Positions 8,042 to 16,691 of a stretch of DNA of 64,000 nt are shown piece after piece (position 1 is the stretch's first letter; every line of letters starts with the position of its first letter). Made by a program: the position numbers and the translations under genes. Below the pieces are notes generated by a model. The model saw only the letters and a program-made list of their open reading frames with translations, was not told where the DNA came from and ran no database searches. This DNA is from a virus (lineage: Duplodnaviria; Caudoviricetes). Where the stretch lies: positions 3,361-67,360 of the IMG/VR virus record IMGVR_UViG_3300033067_000449; one strand, 5' to 3'.

Positions 8042-8821
8042 TTAATCTATGTTACAGAAACAGTTCATACCCTCATCTCCCTTCCATAAATCCAGCTGCG
8101 AGATAGCCTTGTCTCTTATTTGCCTATATGTAATGTCCTTTCTGAACTGCTTCTCGTATTTGTCCTCCATCTCAATCCACCAATCTAGTAGTTCAGGCTT
8201 ATCCTTCGCAATCATTGCGAGTTTTCCCTTACCTTTTAGGAAGCATCCGTCACAGTTTCCATACAGAGGATCTATTTCAAGGTCGAATGGTTGTTGTTTC
8301 CACCAGTCTAGTACGTCAGCCTTAGTTATTTTCCACTTGTATAGGGGGAGTTCTAGTTCTTCCTTGACAAAGCGGTCACTTGCTTTTAGTTTGGCTACTC
8401 TATCGGGTTCGTCATATCTTATTCCGAGGTAGTTGGTGTAGTATTTTACGCCTATTGATTTGAGGTAGTATTTGAGAGTTTTGAGTTTGAGGAATTTGGT
8501 GCAGTATCTTTGAAAGTTGGAGGGGAGGTAGCCTTTGTTATATTGGATGGCTTTTTCAAATGGTTCTCCGTTTCGTGAGGCTGTTTCGTAAGTGACTTCT
8601 TTGAATGTTCCTTTTGTCTTCTCTCCCTCTTTTATGTCGTATTCTATCCATACTATGTTTAGGTTCCATTCTTTATCGCATTTGTGTATAAAGTCTAAGG
8701 TCTGAGGCCCCTCCTTTCCAGTATTTTGAAACACCACCACGTAGTTTGTAAGACCTTCGTCTATCAATCTCTTTGTCATATAGGCTGATGTTCTGCCGCC
8801 AGAAAAGTTTATTATATTCAC
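8042..8821 (-). CDS. PAPS-reductase family protein (PP-loop, Cys-rich; GTG start)
   Basis: 'FSGGRTSAYM' PP-loop, 'NTGKE', 'RYCTKFLK', 'GIRYDE', 'NCDGCFLK', C-terminal CFC. Confidence 0.85.
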   Translation of the reverse strand: MNIINFSGGRTSAYMTKRLIDEGLTNYVVVFQNTGKEGPQTLDFIHKCDKEWNLNIVWIEYDIKEGEKTKGTFKEVTYETASRNGEPFEKAIQYNKGYLPSNFQRYCTKFLKLKTLKYYLKSIGVKYYTNYLGIRYDEPDRVAKLKASDRFVKEELELPLYKWKITKADVLDWWKQQPFDLEIDPLYGNCDGCFLKGKGKLAMIAKDKPELLDWWIEMEDKYEKQFRKDITYRQIRDKAISQLDLWKGDEGMNCFCNID

Positions 8822-9036
8822 GCATGCAAAAATCGGAAAAATTCATGCACTTTACAAGTGCTAGTTGCAGTTTCCAAGACATGTGTTATCTTTGTCATAT
8901 GGGTATCGAGATATCATTATTATTCCCCTCCGCCTTTATCGTTGGTGTTGAGTATTTTTCTGCTAATCATGAGAATGAGTACCAGGAGTTAGATTTTAAC
9001 TTAGGGCTTATTAGGATTACGTTTATCTGGTAAACG

Positions 9037-9077
9037 AAAAAAGCCCCACGAGCAGATCTTACGGTATGCAGGTGGGG
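9037..9077 (-). terminator. probable intrinsic terminator
   Basis: Minus strand CCCCAC...GTGGGG followed by C-TTTTTT. Confidence 0.55.
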
Positions 9078-9098
9078 ACATTTATCAAAATAGAAATA

Positions 9099-9614
9099 TT
9101 AAATCTGGTCTTCGTCTATTAGTGTATAGGTGAATATCTCTGTGGCTTCCTTCTTAAACATTGAATAGGCAAGCGGAGATATTACTTGTGAGGCTTCTGA
9201 TTGTCCCGATAGAACACTCTTCGTGCTGAAGGGCCAAATGAAGTGAAGAGGGTGGAAGATTAACTGTACTCCACAAAGTTTGGCTTCATACTCGTCAAAG
9301 ACGTTTAGTTCGTTGATGGTGTCTCGTAGGATGACGTGTGAGCGTTGTTGTCCGTAGTGTACAAAGTGTTTTGCTTTTGTGTAGACGTATTGGCCTGTTT
9401 GGAGCATTAGGTGATTGGGGCGGGTATTCATTTTGAATTCGTATCCTGTCTCTCCTTCTATTACCATTATTAGTTTGTCTTCTAGTCCTTGTAGATGTGA
9501 GACCCCCGAATCAGTTCTTATGCCAACCAAATGGAACTCGTAATTCCAAAAGTATCCTTCCGAAAGCATGTACTCCCGAATCCTGTCTAATTTATAATCT
9601 GATATCTTTTTCAT
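9099..9614 (-). CDS. degenerate paralog of the endolysin 39636..40220; catalytic Cys replaced by Ser
   Basis: Colinear motifs LVGIRT/VIGIRN, NTRP/TTDP, GQY/GQY, LRD/YRD, GVQLIFH/GINIH, QSEASQV/WSHGCTV, FTYTLI/FTYTVI. Confidence 0.75.
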   Translation of the reverse strand: MKKISDYKLDRIREYMLSEGYFWNYEFHLVGIRTDSGVSHLQGLEDKLIMVIEGETGYEFKMNTRPNHLMLQTGQYVYTKAKHFVHYGQQRSHVILRDTINELNVFDEYEAKLCGVQLIFHPLHFIWPFSTKSVLSGQSEASQVISPLAYSMFKKEATEIFTYTLIDEDQI

Positions 9615-9841
9615 GACATTGCAAAATCAATCATTAACTTCATGGCTTTAGCACTCTCTTGAGAGAAACTGTCGAAGAAACTTTCTGCCTCACGTTGAGT
9701 GTTAAACTTATACTCCGTTTCAAAGTAGTCATTGTCGGTGAATGTTTCCAAACCTACGTTCCTGGACATAGTGGTGTACTTGAGTCTGAGTTTCTTACCC
9801 AGTACCTCGAACTCTTTTCTTTTTATTTCTAATTCGTTCAT
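9611..9841 (-). CDS. hypothetical protein (76 aa)
   Basis: ATGA overlaps on both sides. Confidence 0.65.
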   Translation of the reverse strand: MNELEIKRKEFEVLGKKLRLKYTTMSRNVGLETFTDNDYFETEYKFNTQREAESFFDSFSQESAKAMKLMIDFAMS

Positions 9842-10821
9842 TTCAATCCGTTTTTCATTGATCTAACACCACGAGAATCTGTCTTCCAAGTTATCTTACC
9901 TCTTTCTCCGAAGTCGAGAGTTTCGTGTTCTTTCATTTCGGCCTTAATAAATGCACTGGCTAATCTTACTTCTCCCTCTATGTCTTTTATCTGTTCGTTG
10001 AGTGCTTTCATTCTGAGGCCCAAGTTGTAAAGTTCTGTAGTACCCTTCAATGTCTTGGCTTCACTTTGCGCATACTTCTGACTCAAGAATTTAGAATATG
10101 CTTCTGTGCCATCAGGTTCTGGAGCATAAAGATCAGCATGTTCCATATCGTTGCGTGCAGCAGTTACCCTATCCCAAAATTCGGAAACAGCAGATGTGAT
10201 CTTTTCGACCATAAAGTCTAGTTTCTCAATTGGGAACACATTTATGTTACGCCCATCTTCCAAGAACACTAGTTCACCGTACTCTACTTCTAATCCAATT
10301 AGGTAAGTTGTTAACTGCGCAATATAAGATGGTGGTACTCCATTGTCCCATTGCTTAGATGAGAAGCCACTGATTGTTTTTACTTCAAGTACTCCCTTGA
10401 TATTTTCGTGGATTACAGTATTGTCTACAACAGCAGGCTTATCTGCTTCGATTATAATCCTATCGGGAGACAAAAAGATATGAGGGTATTTGTCATTTAC
10501 AATATAACCCGCTGATTCTTGGATGTATCTCTTTCGGTTTCCTTCGTTGAAGTTTTTGATGATTGACTCTTGGCTTCCTTCGTAGTATGTCCACATATCG
10601 GCTACGAATCCTTCCAATCTGTTTCCCATGAACATAGCCATGTTTTCATCTATCTTCTGAGGAATAAGACCTAACTTCTGATAGAATAGTTCTATTGACG
10701 ACTTCCAGGGGTTCAATCCCAAGATAGTTCCTACCTCTGAGGCACCAATGCCCGAACTACGGTAGTTTAACCAACCTTCGTAGTCTTGGTCTTTGTCGAT
10801 ATTGATTATCTTAAAACCCAT
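9838..10821 (-). CDS. YqaJ-like (lambda-exonuclease family) recombination exonuclease
   Basis: 'WLNYRSSGIGASEVGTILGLNPWKS', 'SPDRII', 'LEVKT', 'YIAQLTTY'. Confidence 0.9.
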   Translation of the reverse strand: MGFKIINIDKDQDYEGWLNYRSSGIGASEVGTILGLNPWKSSIELFYQKLGLIPQKIDENMAMFMGNRLEGFVADMWTYYEGSQESIIKNFNEGNRKRYIQESAGYIVNDKYPHIFLSPDRIIIEADKPAVVDNTVIHENIKGVLEVKTISGFSSKQWDNGVPPSYIAQLTTYLIGLEVEYGELVFLEDGRNINVFPIEKLDFMVEKITSAVSEFWDRVTAARNDMEHADLYAPEPDGTEAYSKFLSQKYAQSEAKTLKGTTELYNLGLRMKALNEQIKDIEGEVRLASAFIKAEMKEHETLDFGERGKITWKTDSRGVRSMKNGLK

Positions 10822-11015
10822 TTTTCGAATTCTTCTGCGATTTTGATAACATCACTTGCTGAAGCGGTGCCTGCACATTGTGCTGCTGCCTTCAAACAAG
10901 ATTGACGAATGATTTGTGTATCCTTACTATATGCGTGTTCCATATGAGGATATGTTGGCGTGCTAAATGCTACAGCCATTTTTTCTGCTAGACTTGTGTT
11001 TTTAATTTTGCTCAT
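10806..11015 (-). CDS. hypothetical protein (69 aa), 'IIRQSCLKAA' family
   Basis: Lies between the SSB and the exonuclease; motif recurrent in Bacteroidota phages. Confidence 0.6.
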   Translation of the reverse strand: MSKIKNTSLAEKMAVAFSTPTYPHMEHAYSKDTQIIRQSCLKAAAQCAGTASASDVIKIAEEFEKWVLR

Positions 11016-11022
11016 AGTTTTG

Positions 11023-11050
11023 AAAAATAAGGGGAATCATAAGACTCCCC
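11023..11050 (-). terminator. hairpin/terminator after the SSB gene
   Basis: Minus strand GGGGAGTC-TTAT-GATTCCCC followed by TTATTTTT. Confidence 0.6.
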
Positions 11051-11076
11051 ATAAGTGATTGATTTACAGTTAGTTA

Positions 11077-11730
11077 TTAGAATGGCAAATCATCATCCTC
11101 CTCTTCCTCAAAAGAAATAACAGGCTTTTCTGTTTTGGTAGAGGTAACTTGTGAAACTTCAGGTAACATTGATGGATTTAACAACTGAGCGTTTAACTTT
11201 TGTAACAAATCAAAGTAAAACTTGTTACGAGCCTCACGATCGTAATCCACGATTTCGCCTTTCTTGTTGTACGTTACGTCAACATCGGGTCGTCCTTGAG
11301 GATTGTCGTTTGTGTAATACCACTTCAATACTTGGCTGTCTTGAATCAACAACAAACCAGACTTCATCTTTCCTTCTACTTCCCTTTGTGTAGGAACCAT
11401 ACGAAGAGGACGAGACAAGTTGGCGTTGGGGATAATTGAGCAGAAATTTTCAAAGTACTTAGAATCTACGTCCATGTTGATGTAGTAGGTTTCTGTTCCG
11501 TCTACGAACTGAATACTCAAGAACAATTTGTCAACCCCCATCAAGTTTTCAGTGCGGGTAGACATTTTAGTAATGTAGCCTTCAATGTAGTCGTAGATGT
11601 AGTAGTACTTCTCTTCGCCTTTTTTGTTCAAGATAGTTGTAGTACCTTCTTCTTTTGTTTTCGAGTAGCGGTAAAGTTTACCATTTCTCACGTTCAAATA
11701 CGTTGCGTTAGTTTTAATTCCTAGTGCCAT
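11077..11730 (-). CDS. single-stranded DNA-binding protein (putative)
   Basis: Acidic C-terminus 'EEEEDDDLPF', beta-rich core, next to YqaJ, own promoter. Confidence 0.7.
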   Translation of the reverse strand: MALGIKTNATYLNVRNGKLYRYSKTKEEGTTTILNKKGEEKYYYIYDYIEGYITKMSTRTENLMGVDKLFLSIQFVDGTETYYINMDVDSKYFENFCSIIPNANLSRPLRMVPTQREVEGKMKSGLLLIQDSQVLKWYYTNDNPQGRPDVDVTYNKKGEIVDYDREARNKFYFDLLQKLNAQLLNPSMLPEVSQVTSTKTEKPVISFEEEEDDDLPF

Positions 11731-11747
11731 GTTTTTAATTGTGTATG

Positions 11748-11777
11748 CAAATATAATGTATAATTGTTACTTTCCAA
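11748..11777 (-). promoter_or_regulatory. Bacteroidota-type promoter (TTG-N19-TATATTTG) for the SSB/YqaJ operon
   Basis: Consensus match 17 nt upstream of the ATG. Confidence 0.7.
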
Positions 11778-12078
11778 ATCTTTTTCTTAAAATATTTTCG
11801 AGGGCCATTCTATCGGTTTGTGATGCTTCACATGTTACCAGTTCTGTCTCGACTTTATCCTCTGTTGTGTAATGTTGTTCAAGTCTATCTTGTTCAATAT
11901 GCTTTGGATAGTTTGGCATGATGCCTGTTTTAACACATTCAGCAAGTTCTGTTTCATCCAATGAGTTTGCATAAAAGCAAGTTCTAATGAAGCGATACAT
12001 TTGTTTCTTTGTTTCTTCATTTTGCTTGTATAAAAACTTTTCGTTATACCTTTTTAATTCTCTTCTTGATTTTGACAT
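11767..12078 (-). CDS. hypothetical protein (103 aa)
   Basis: ORF track. Confidence 0.6.
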   Translation of the reverse strand: MSKSRRELKRYNEKFLYKQNEETKKQMYRFIRTCFYANSLDETELAECVKTGIMPNYPKHIEQDRLEQHYTTEDKVETELVTCEASQTDRMALENILRKRFGK

Positions 12079-12326
12079 ATTGCGTAGGTTAAATTGATTT
12101 TTTTGCTTTTCTCATCTGTGAGACGTGTTGAGATTGGATCTTTCTTGTTTTCTTCTACCAACTTGGTGGCAAACGCCATTGCTTTTTCTTTATACCCGCA
12201 TGCAAGTATAAACAAGACCATATCGCAAGCAATGAACGCATTCCTTTGTTTTGGAAATTCAGAAATGAGTTTTCTCGCATAGGAGTTAACCATTTCTTTC
12301 ATTTGCAGTTCTGTTTTGTAAATCAT
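12054..12326 (-). CDS. hypothetical protein (90 aa)
   Basis: First gene of the leftward arm; TACATTTG at 12335-12342. Confidence 0.65.
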   Translation of the reverse strand: MIYKTELQMKEMVNSYARKLISEFPKQRNAFIACDMVLFILACGYKEKAMAFATKLVEENKKDPISTRLTDEKSKKINLTYAICQNQEEN

Positions 12327-12334
12327 AATGCTTA

Positions 12335-12405
12335 CAAATGTAATATCAATTATTCATCAATTATTAACAAATTATAAAATATCACAATTATTTGTATATT
12401 TGTGA
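12335..12405. promoter_or_regulatory. divergent promoter/operator region
   Basis: TACATTTG (-, 12335-12342) and TATATTTG (+, 12395-12402); CAATTATT at 12347, 12358 and 12385; TCACAA-N12-TTGTGA inverted repeat at 12382-12405. Confidence 0.65.
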
Positions 12406-12407
12406 CA

Positions 12408-12656
12408 ATGAAAAGTACATATGTCTATATCAGAAGAGATTGTGATTATGCTACTAGAAAGCAGATGGAATTGATTCAGCATTTGGATCTGAGCCTCAAG
12501 TTTAAAGATTACGACTTTCTATCAGAAAGACTTGGCTTAACTGAGACAACAATACGCAACATATTCAAAACACATACTGTAAACAATCCAAAATACATAC
12601 CATTGCTCAAAAAAGCAGTTAAAGAACAATTATTGAGAGATGTCTGTATCGTTTAA
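12408..12656 (+). CDS. HTH transcriptional regulator (Cro/XRE-like, putative); start moved to ATG 12408
   Basis: 'YDFLSERLGLTETTIRNIFK' helix-turn-helix pattern. Confidence 0.6.
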   Translation: MKSTYVYIRRDCDYATRKQMELIQHLDLSLKFKDYDFLSERLGLTETTIRNIFKTHTVNNPKYIPLLKKAVKEQLLRDVCIV

Positions 12657-13071
12657 CGACCAAAAGGAAAAATTAGAGAAAAGATTGCGGGAAATATACA
12701 AAATGGGTATGCCCAGAGCAATTGAGGCTCAAAAAGTTGTTGAGGCACGAAAAAATTTCTTCTTTGAGAGTTCTGATGCCTACATGAGGAACAAGATTGA
12801 GATATTCGTTAAAAATGTTGAATACCTGAAAATCAAACATCAAATGTCCGATTACAAGATGGGGGATTTCATTTTTATGCAAACTGGAATCGGAGTATAC
12901 AGAACAAACGCAATTGGATTCTTGATTAACGCCAAGAGAATATCAATAGAAAAACTACTATTTCACGCAAAGACAGTCGGTCTTTCTTTTGATGTTGACC
13001 CACTAGAATTGATATCTACAGACATAGAATTCGCAGATTCTAGAAATTCTGTAAAAAAGTTTTGGAAATAA
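12640..13071 (+). CDS. hypothetical protein (143 aa)
   Basis: Overlaps the HTH gene stop. Confidence 0.7.
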   Translation: MSVSFNDQKEKLEKRLREIYKMGMPRAIEAQKVVEARKNFFFESSDAYMRNKIEIFVKNVEYLKIKHQMSDYKMGDFIFMQTGIGVYRTNAIGFLINAKRISIEKLLFHAKTVGLSFDVDPLELISTDIEFADSRNSVKKFWK

Positions 13072-13090
13072 GAAAATTGTATTATATTTG
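13062..13090 (+). promoter_or_regulatory. promoter (TTG-N18-TATATTTG) firing into a 400-nt non-coding region
   Basis: Consensus match; no plus-strand ORF over 60 aa follows until the portal. Confidence 0.6.
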
Positions 13091-13448
13091 CCGCTACTTG
13101 TGGTCGGAGGTACAGATGTACGTGACAGCAGCGCAAGTAATTTACGCTTCTACTGTGGGAACCTATTAAAGAAGCAGCACCGGCACAAAGGACTGAGGTG
13201 TATAATAGGCGGGGGGTACAGCCCTTGAAAGTTGAGTCCAAGCGTTAACCACCTGTATGTTGGCACGTTCTCATGATAGACGAACAAGTATATCATTTTT
13301 GAGATGTGAGAACTAAGACAAATTAACTTTTGTTTTAGGAACTCACTCACGTCTCAATCAACCAAACAAATCATGTATCACAAACTATAGAATACGCTTA
13401 CTAGGATAAGGTAAGATAATGAGTATCTATGGTAAAAAAATCAAAAAC

Positions 13449-13479
13449 TTGTTTTCTTCCAACTTTAGGCTTATATTTG
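13449..13479 (+). promoter_or_regulatory. portal operon promoter (TTG-N20-TATATTTG)
   Basis: Consensus match 13 nt upstream of the ATG. Confidence 0.7.
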
Positions 13480-13492
13480 TAAAGTAGGCGAT

Positions 13493-15694
13493 ATGATATA
13501 TTCATTAAGAGAGCAACCCAACCAGTTTATTCCTGAAAACAAAAAAGACGCAAAGTGGTATGCTGACTGTGTCAGATACGTGGCGTCTAAGTACAATACT
13601 CAAATGAATAACTTGGGGTATCGTAACGAAACAACCTACGACAAGCCTGTTGACGAAATGCTGAGAATGTTCTCTTATTACTTAGGCAAGCAGGAAAACA
13701 GGGATTATTACTACACCACACAAGATCAAAGTAACTGTGATTTACCTACAGTGTGGATAAACGGTCAGAAGCTTACCTCTATGATTGACTTCATGTTAGG
13801 TAACGCAATTAAGATGATCGAAAACATTGAACCATCTGTTCGTGCAACCGCAAAAGCAGTAGTTAACAGAAAAACACGCAAACTTGAACTTGCTCTTTTG
13901 AAGTTGGAGTTGAGTGGTATATTTAGTGAATTGGAAAAGAGTGGCATCTTCTTTACTCCTACTGGCTCAAAAGAATTTGAGACCCCAGAAGAAGCAAAAA
14001 AGTATATGCAGTTCGACTACAAAGAAAGAGGTGAAGAGATTGCTTACCGTTTGGCTAGTGACATTCTTCATCGTAATAGATTCATTGACAAATACAAACA
14101 GGCTTTCTTCTACACTTTGTTGGGAGGTGTTGTTGGTATTGAAAATAAAGTAATCAATAAAAAACAAGTTAAAGACATCATCCTTCCCTACAACTTGATT
14201 TGGGATAATTCATTTGATGATGATCTTAATACTAAGGCTCGTTTTTCTGGTAAAGTAGATTGGTTGACTCCAGGTGAGATTCTTTCTAATCCCTATATGG
14301 TTCAACAACTTTCACAGGCTGAAATTGATGAAATCAAAACAATCAATACTCAAAATATTGATAAGTTGTTAGGAGAAGATAATATCACAACCAACAAGTT
14401 GAAATGGTATTATAATACAAACGGAGTACCTTCATTGGCGGCCGTAACTACTTACTGGATAGGCTATAAGGAACTTCGCTACGAGAAGACCAAAGATAAG
14501 TTTGGAAATACCCACTACGCAAAAATGCGTGGTAAACAGCCATCAACCTATTGGACTAAAACAGTTTACAAAGGCACATTGATCGCAAACAAATACCTAG
14601 TTGAGTACGGTGAACAACCAAACATCGTTAGAAAATCTGACGACATGAATGAGGTTGATTTGCCTATTACAATCTTTATTCCGAATATGGTTATGGGTGA
14701 GTCTCGCTCAATTGCTTCTCGCTTGCACAAACACCAAGACAGGATTGACTTCTTGACTAACGAGATTACCAAGATGATTACTCGCTCTAAGGGTAAAGTA
14801 TTTGTTTTGAACAAGCACAAGTTGGGAACAGCAACTGCACAAGAAGTATTGAATGACTTTGAAAGAATGGGCATTCACATTACTGACGGTAACGCAACAG
14901 GTGAAGATTACAACAGTGCAGACAACAACAGAATTGTTGAAGTTGTTGATATGACTCTTGATCCAAACATCAATCAGCTTCTTAACCTGAAGAACGAAGA
15001 GGAAAGGATTATGGAAGAGATTGTTAACGTTCCTAAAGTTGCAATGGGTCAGCAAGCAGGTTACTTGGGAGCAAAAACTCAAGCGGGTACTATTGCTCAA
15101 TCTAACTTGGGTACTGCTTACTTATATCAAGGCTTTATTCACTTTATCGAGAGAGATTTGCAATACGCTCTTAACCAATATAAGATTTCTCTTTTGGCTA
15201 ATAAAGACGAGGATATTCCAGTTATCGGAGACCGAGGTCTTGAGTATTTGAAATTGACAGAAGACTTCAAGTTTGAAGATTTTGCTATTTATATTAAAGT
15301 TCGTGACTTCATTGATGAGGCTGCAAAAGAAAGGTTGATGATGATTGCACAGGCTGCAATGCAGAACCAACTGATTGATATGATGGACTTCTTGAAAATT
15401 GAAACTGCAAAAACTTATAGCGAATTGATGAACCAAATCGAGTACGCTATGAACAAAAAGCAGAGAAAAGTAGAAGAACAACAGCAGATGCAGATGATGC
15501 AACAACAAGCAATGATGGAACAACAGATGGCTATGCAACAACAACAACTGCAGATGAAGGAAGAAGGACAGAACTATAGAACAGGAGTTAAGGCTGCTGT
15601 AGATATGGAGAAGACAGGAGCATCTGCTCAACCTACTGAAGCGGCTGCAGCGGGAGAACAAGTTGCTGCTGAAGCACCTGCACCCGAACAATAA
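13493..15694 (+). CDS. portal protein (crAss-like/podovirus type)
   Basis: 733 aa, helical, Gln/Met-rich barrel-type C-terminus, sits before scaffold and MCP. Confidence 0.8.
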   Translation: MIYSLREQPNQFIPENKKDAKWYADCVRYVASKYNTQMNNLGYRNETTYDKPVDEMLRMFSYYLGKQENRDYYYTTQDQSNCDLPTVWINGQKLTSMIDFMLGNAIKMIENIEPSVRATAKAVVNRKTRKLELALLKLELSGIFSELEKSGIFFTPTGSKEFETPEEAKKYMQFDYKERGEEIAYRLASDILHRNRFIDKYKQAFFYTLLGGVVGIENKVINKKQVKDIILPYNLIWDNSFDDDLNTKARFSGKVDWLTPGEILSNPYMVQQLSQAEIDEIKTINTQNIDKLLGEDNITTNKLKWYYNTNGVPSLAAVTTYWIGYKELRYEKTKDKFGNTHYAKMRGKQPSTYWTKTVYKGTLIANKYLVEYGEQPNIVRKSDDMNEVDLPITIFIPNMVMGESRSIASRLHKHQDRIDFLTNEITKMITRSKGKVFVLNKHKLGTATAQEVLNDFERMGIHITDGNATGEDYNSADNNRIVEVVDMTLDPNINQLLNLKNEEERIMEEIVNVPKVAMGQQAGYLGAKTQAGTIAQSNLGTAYLYQGFIHFIERDLQYALNQYKISLLANKDEDIPVIGDRGLEYLKLTEDFKFEDFAIYIKVRDFIDEAAKERLMMIAQAAMQNQLIDMMDFLKIETAKTYSELMNQIEYAMNKKQRKVEEQQQMQMMQQQAMMEQQMAMQQQQLQMKEEGQNYRTGVKAAVDMEKTGASAQPTEAAAAGEQVAAEAPAPEQ

Positions 15695-15734
15695 CTTGGT
15701 AATTTAAAAATAAACAACTAATTTCGAACACTAT

Positions 15735-16679
15735 ATGTACGATCAAATTGTAAAAGAAATTGAAGCGAACGAAAAGAAGGTCGCTTTAGAGAATCCAACA
15801 CCAGCAGAACCTACTCCAGCTCCAGCGGAGCCGACTCCTGCTGAACCAACTCCAGCTGCAGAACCTACTCCTGCCGCCTCAGAACCTAACAACCAAAACG
15901 AACCTGCTCCTAAAGCATGGTACGAAGATGAGCCTATTGATCCAGCACCTGCTGATCAAAATCAAAACGATCCTCCAAGTCCTCAAACTATAGTAGAAGA
16001 TGAAGACGAGGATATCGCATTGATTAAAGAATTTAAAAAGCAAGGCAAGACATTAAAAGAGTTTGTAGAACAATACAAAGTAGAGGATGTTAGTAAATAC
16101 ACTGACACCCAAATTATCGAAAAAGCCCTAAAAGAATTAGAAGGCTTTGAAGGTGATGAGTTTGACCAAGCGATGAGCGAAGTTGAAACCATGCCTTTGT
16201 TCCAGAAGAAAAAATTGATTCAGGAATACAGAGCGAAGTACAATGAAATGAACCAAGAGAAGTTGAAACAACTTTCTTCGAGTTCAAACAAAGCATCGGA
16301 AAAGCAAGTAGAACTAATGAATCGTTTTCAGACAGAATTAGGTCAATCGACCGAATCATTGAAAGGACAAGAGAAGTACGGGTTGAAAATTACAGACGAA
16401 ATGTCAAGTAGAATCAACAAGTTTATTTCAGACGAAATTTCATTGACTCGCAAGGATGGCTCTATGGATGTCGACTTTTTAGTTGATGTTGCTATGTGGA
16501 GGCTTTACGGCAAGGATGTCGTTAGGGCCAATGTCACAAAAGCAAAAAATGAGGGAAGGGAAGAAATGTTGCGTGCAACAACTAATCCTTCTACTGGAAT
16601 GCCGAATTCTAACAACAGTCCTTCTTTTAGTGGGAATGAAGTGGAAGACGCATTCAACGCTTACTTAAACAAAAAATAA
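15735..16679 (+). CDS. capsid scaffolding protein (putative)
   Basis: Acidic and helical, N-terminal (E)PTPA repeats, between portal and MCP. Confidence 0.7.
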   Translation: MYDQIVKEIEANEKKVALENPTPAEPTPAPAEPTPAEPTPAAEPTPAASEPNNQNEPAPKAWYEDEPIDPAPADQNQNDPPSPQTIVEDEDEDIALIKEFKKQGKTLKEFVEQYKVEDVSKYTDTQIIEKALKELEGFEGDEFDQAMSEVETMPLFQKKKLIQEYRAKYNEMNQEKLKQLSSSSNKASEKQVELMNRFQTELGQSTESLKGQEKYGLKITDEMSSRINKFISDEISLTRKDGSMDVDFLVDVAMWRLYGKDVVRANVTKAKNEGREEMLRATTNPSTGMPNSNNSPSFSGNEVEDAFNAYLNKK

Positions 16680-16691
16680 AAAAACTAAACA

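Noticed and set aside
7070-8089. ORF-track ORFs 7070..7363, 7507..7737, 7712..7927, 7790..8089
   Set aside because: They are antisense to a real gene or lie in low-complexity AT/G-tract sequence, with no recognisable protein features or coupling.
15797-15885. CRISPR-like or mobile repeat array
   Set aside because: The repeats are in-frame (E)PTPA codon repeats of the scaffold N-terminus, degenerate at third positions and without spacers.
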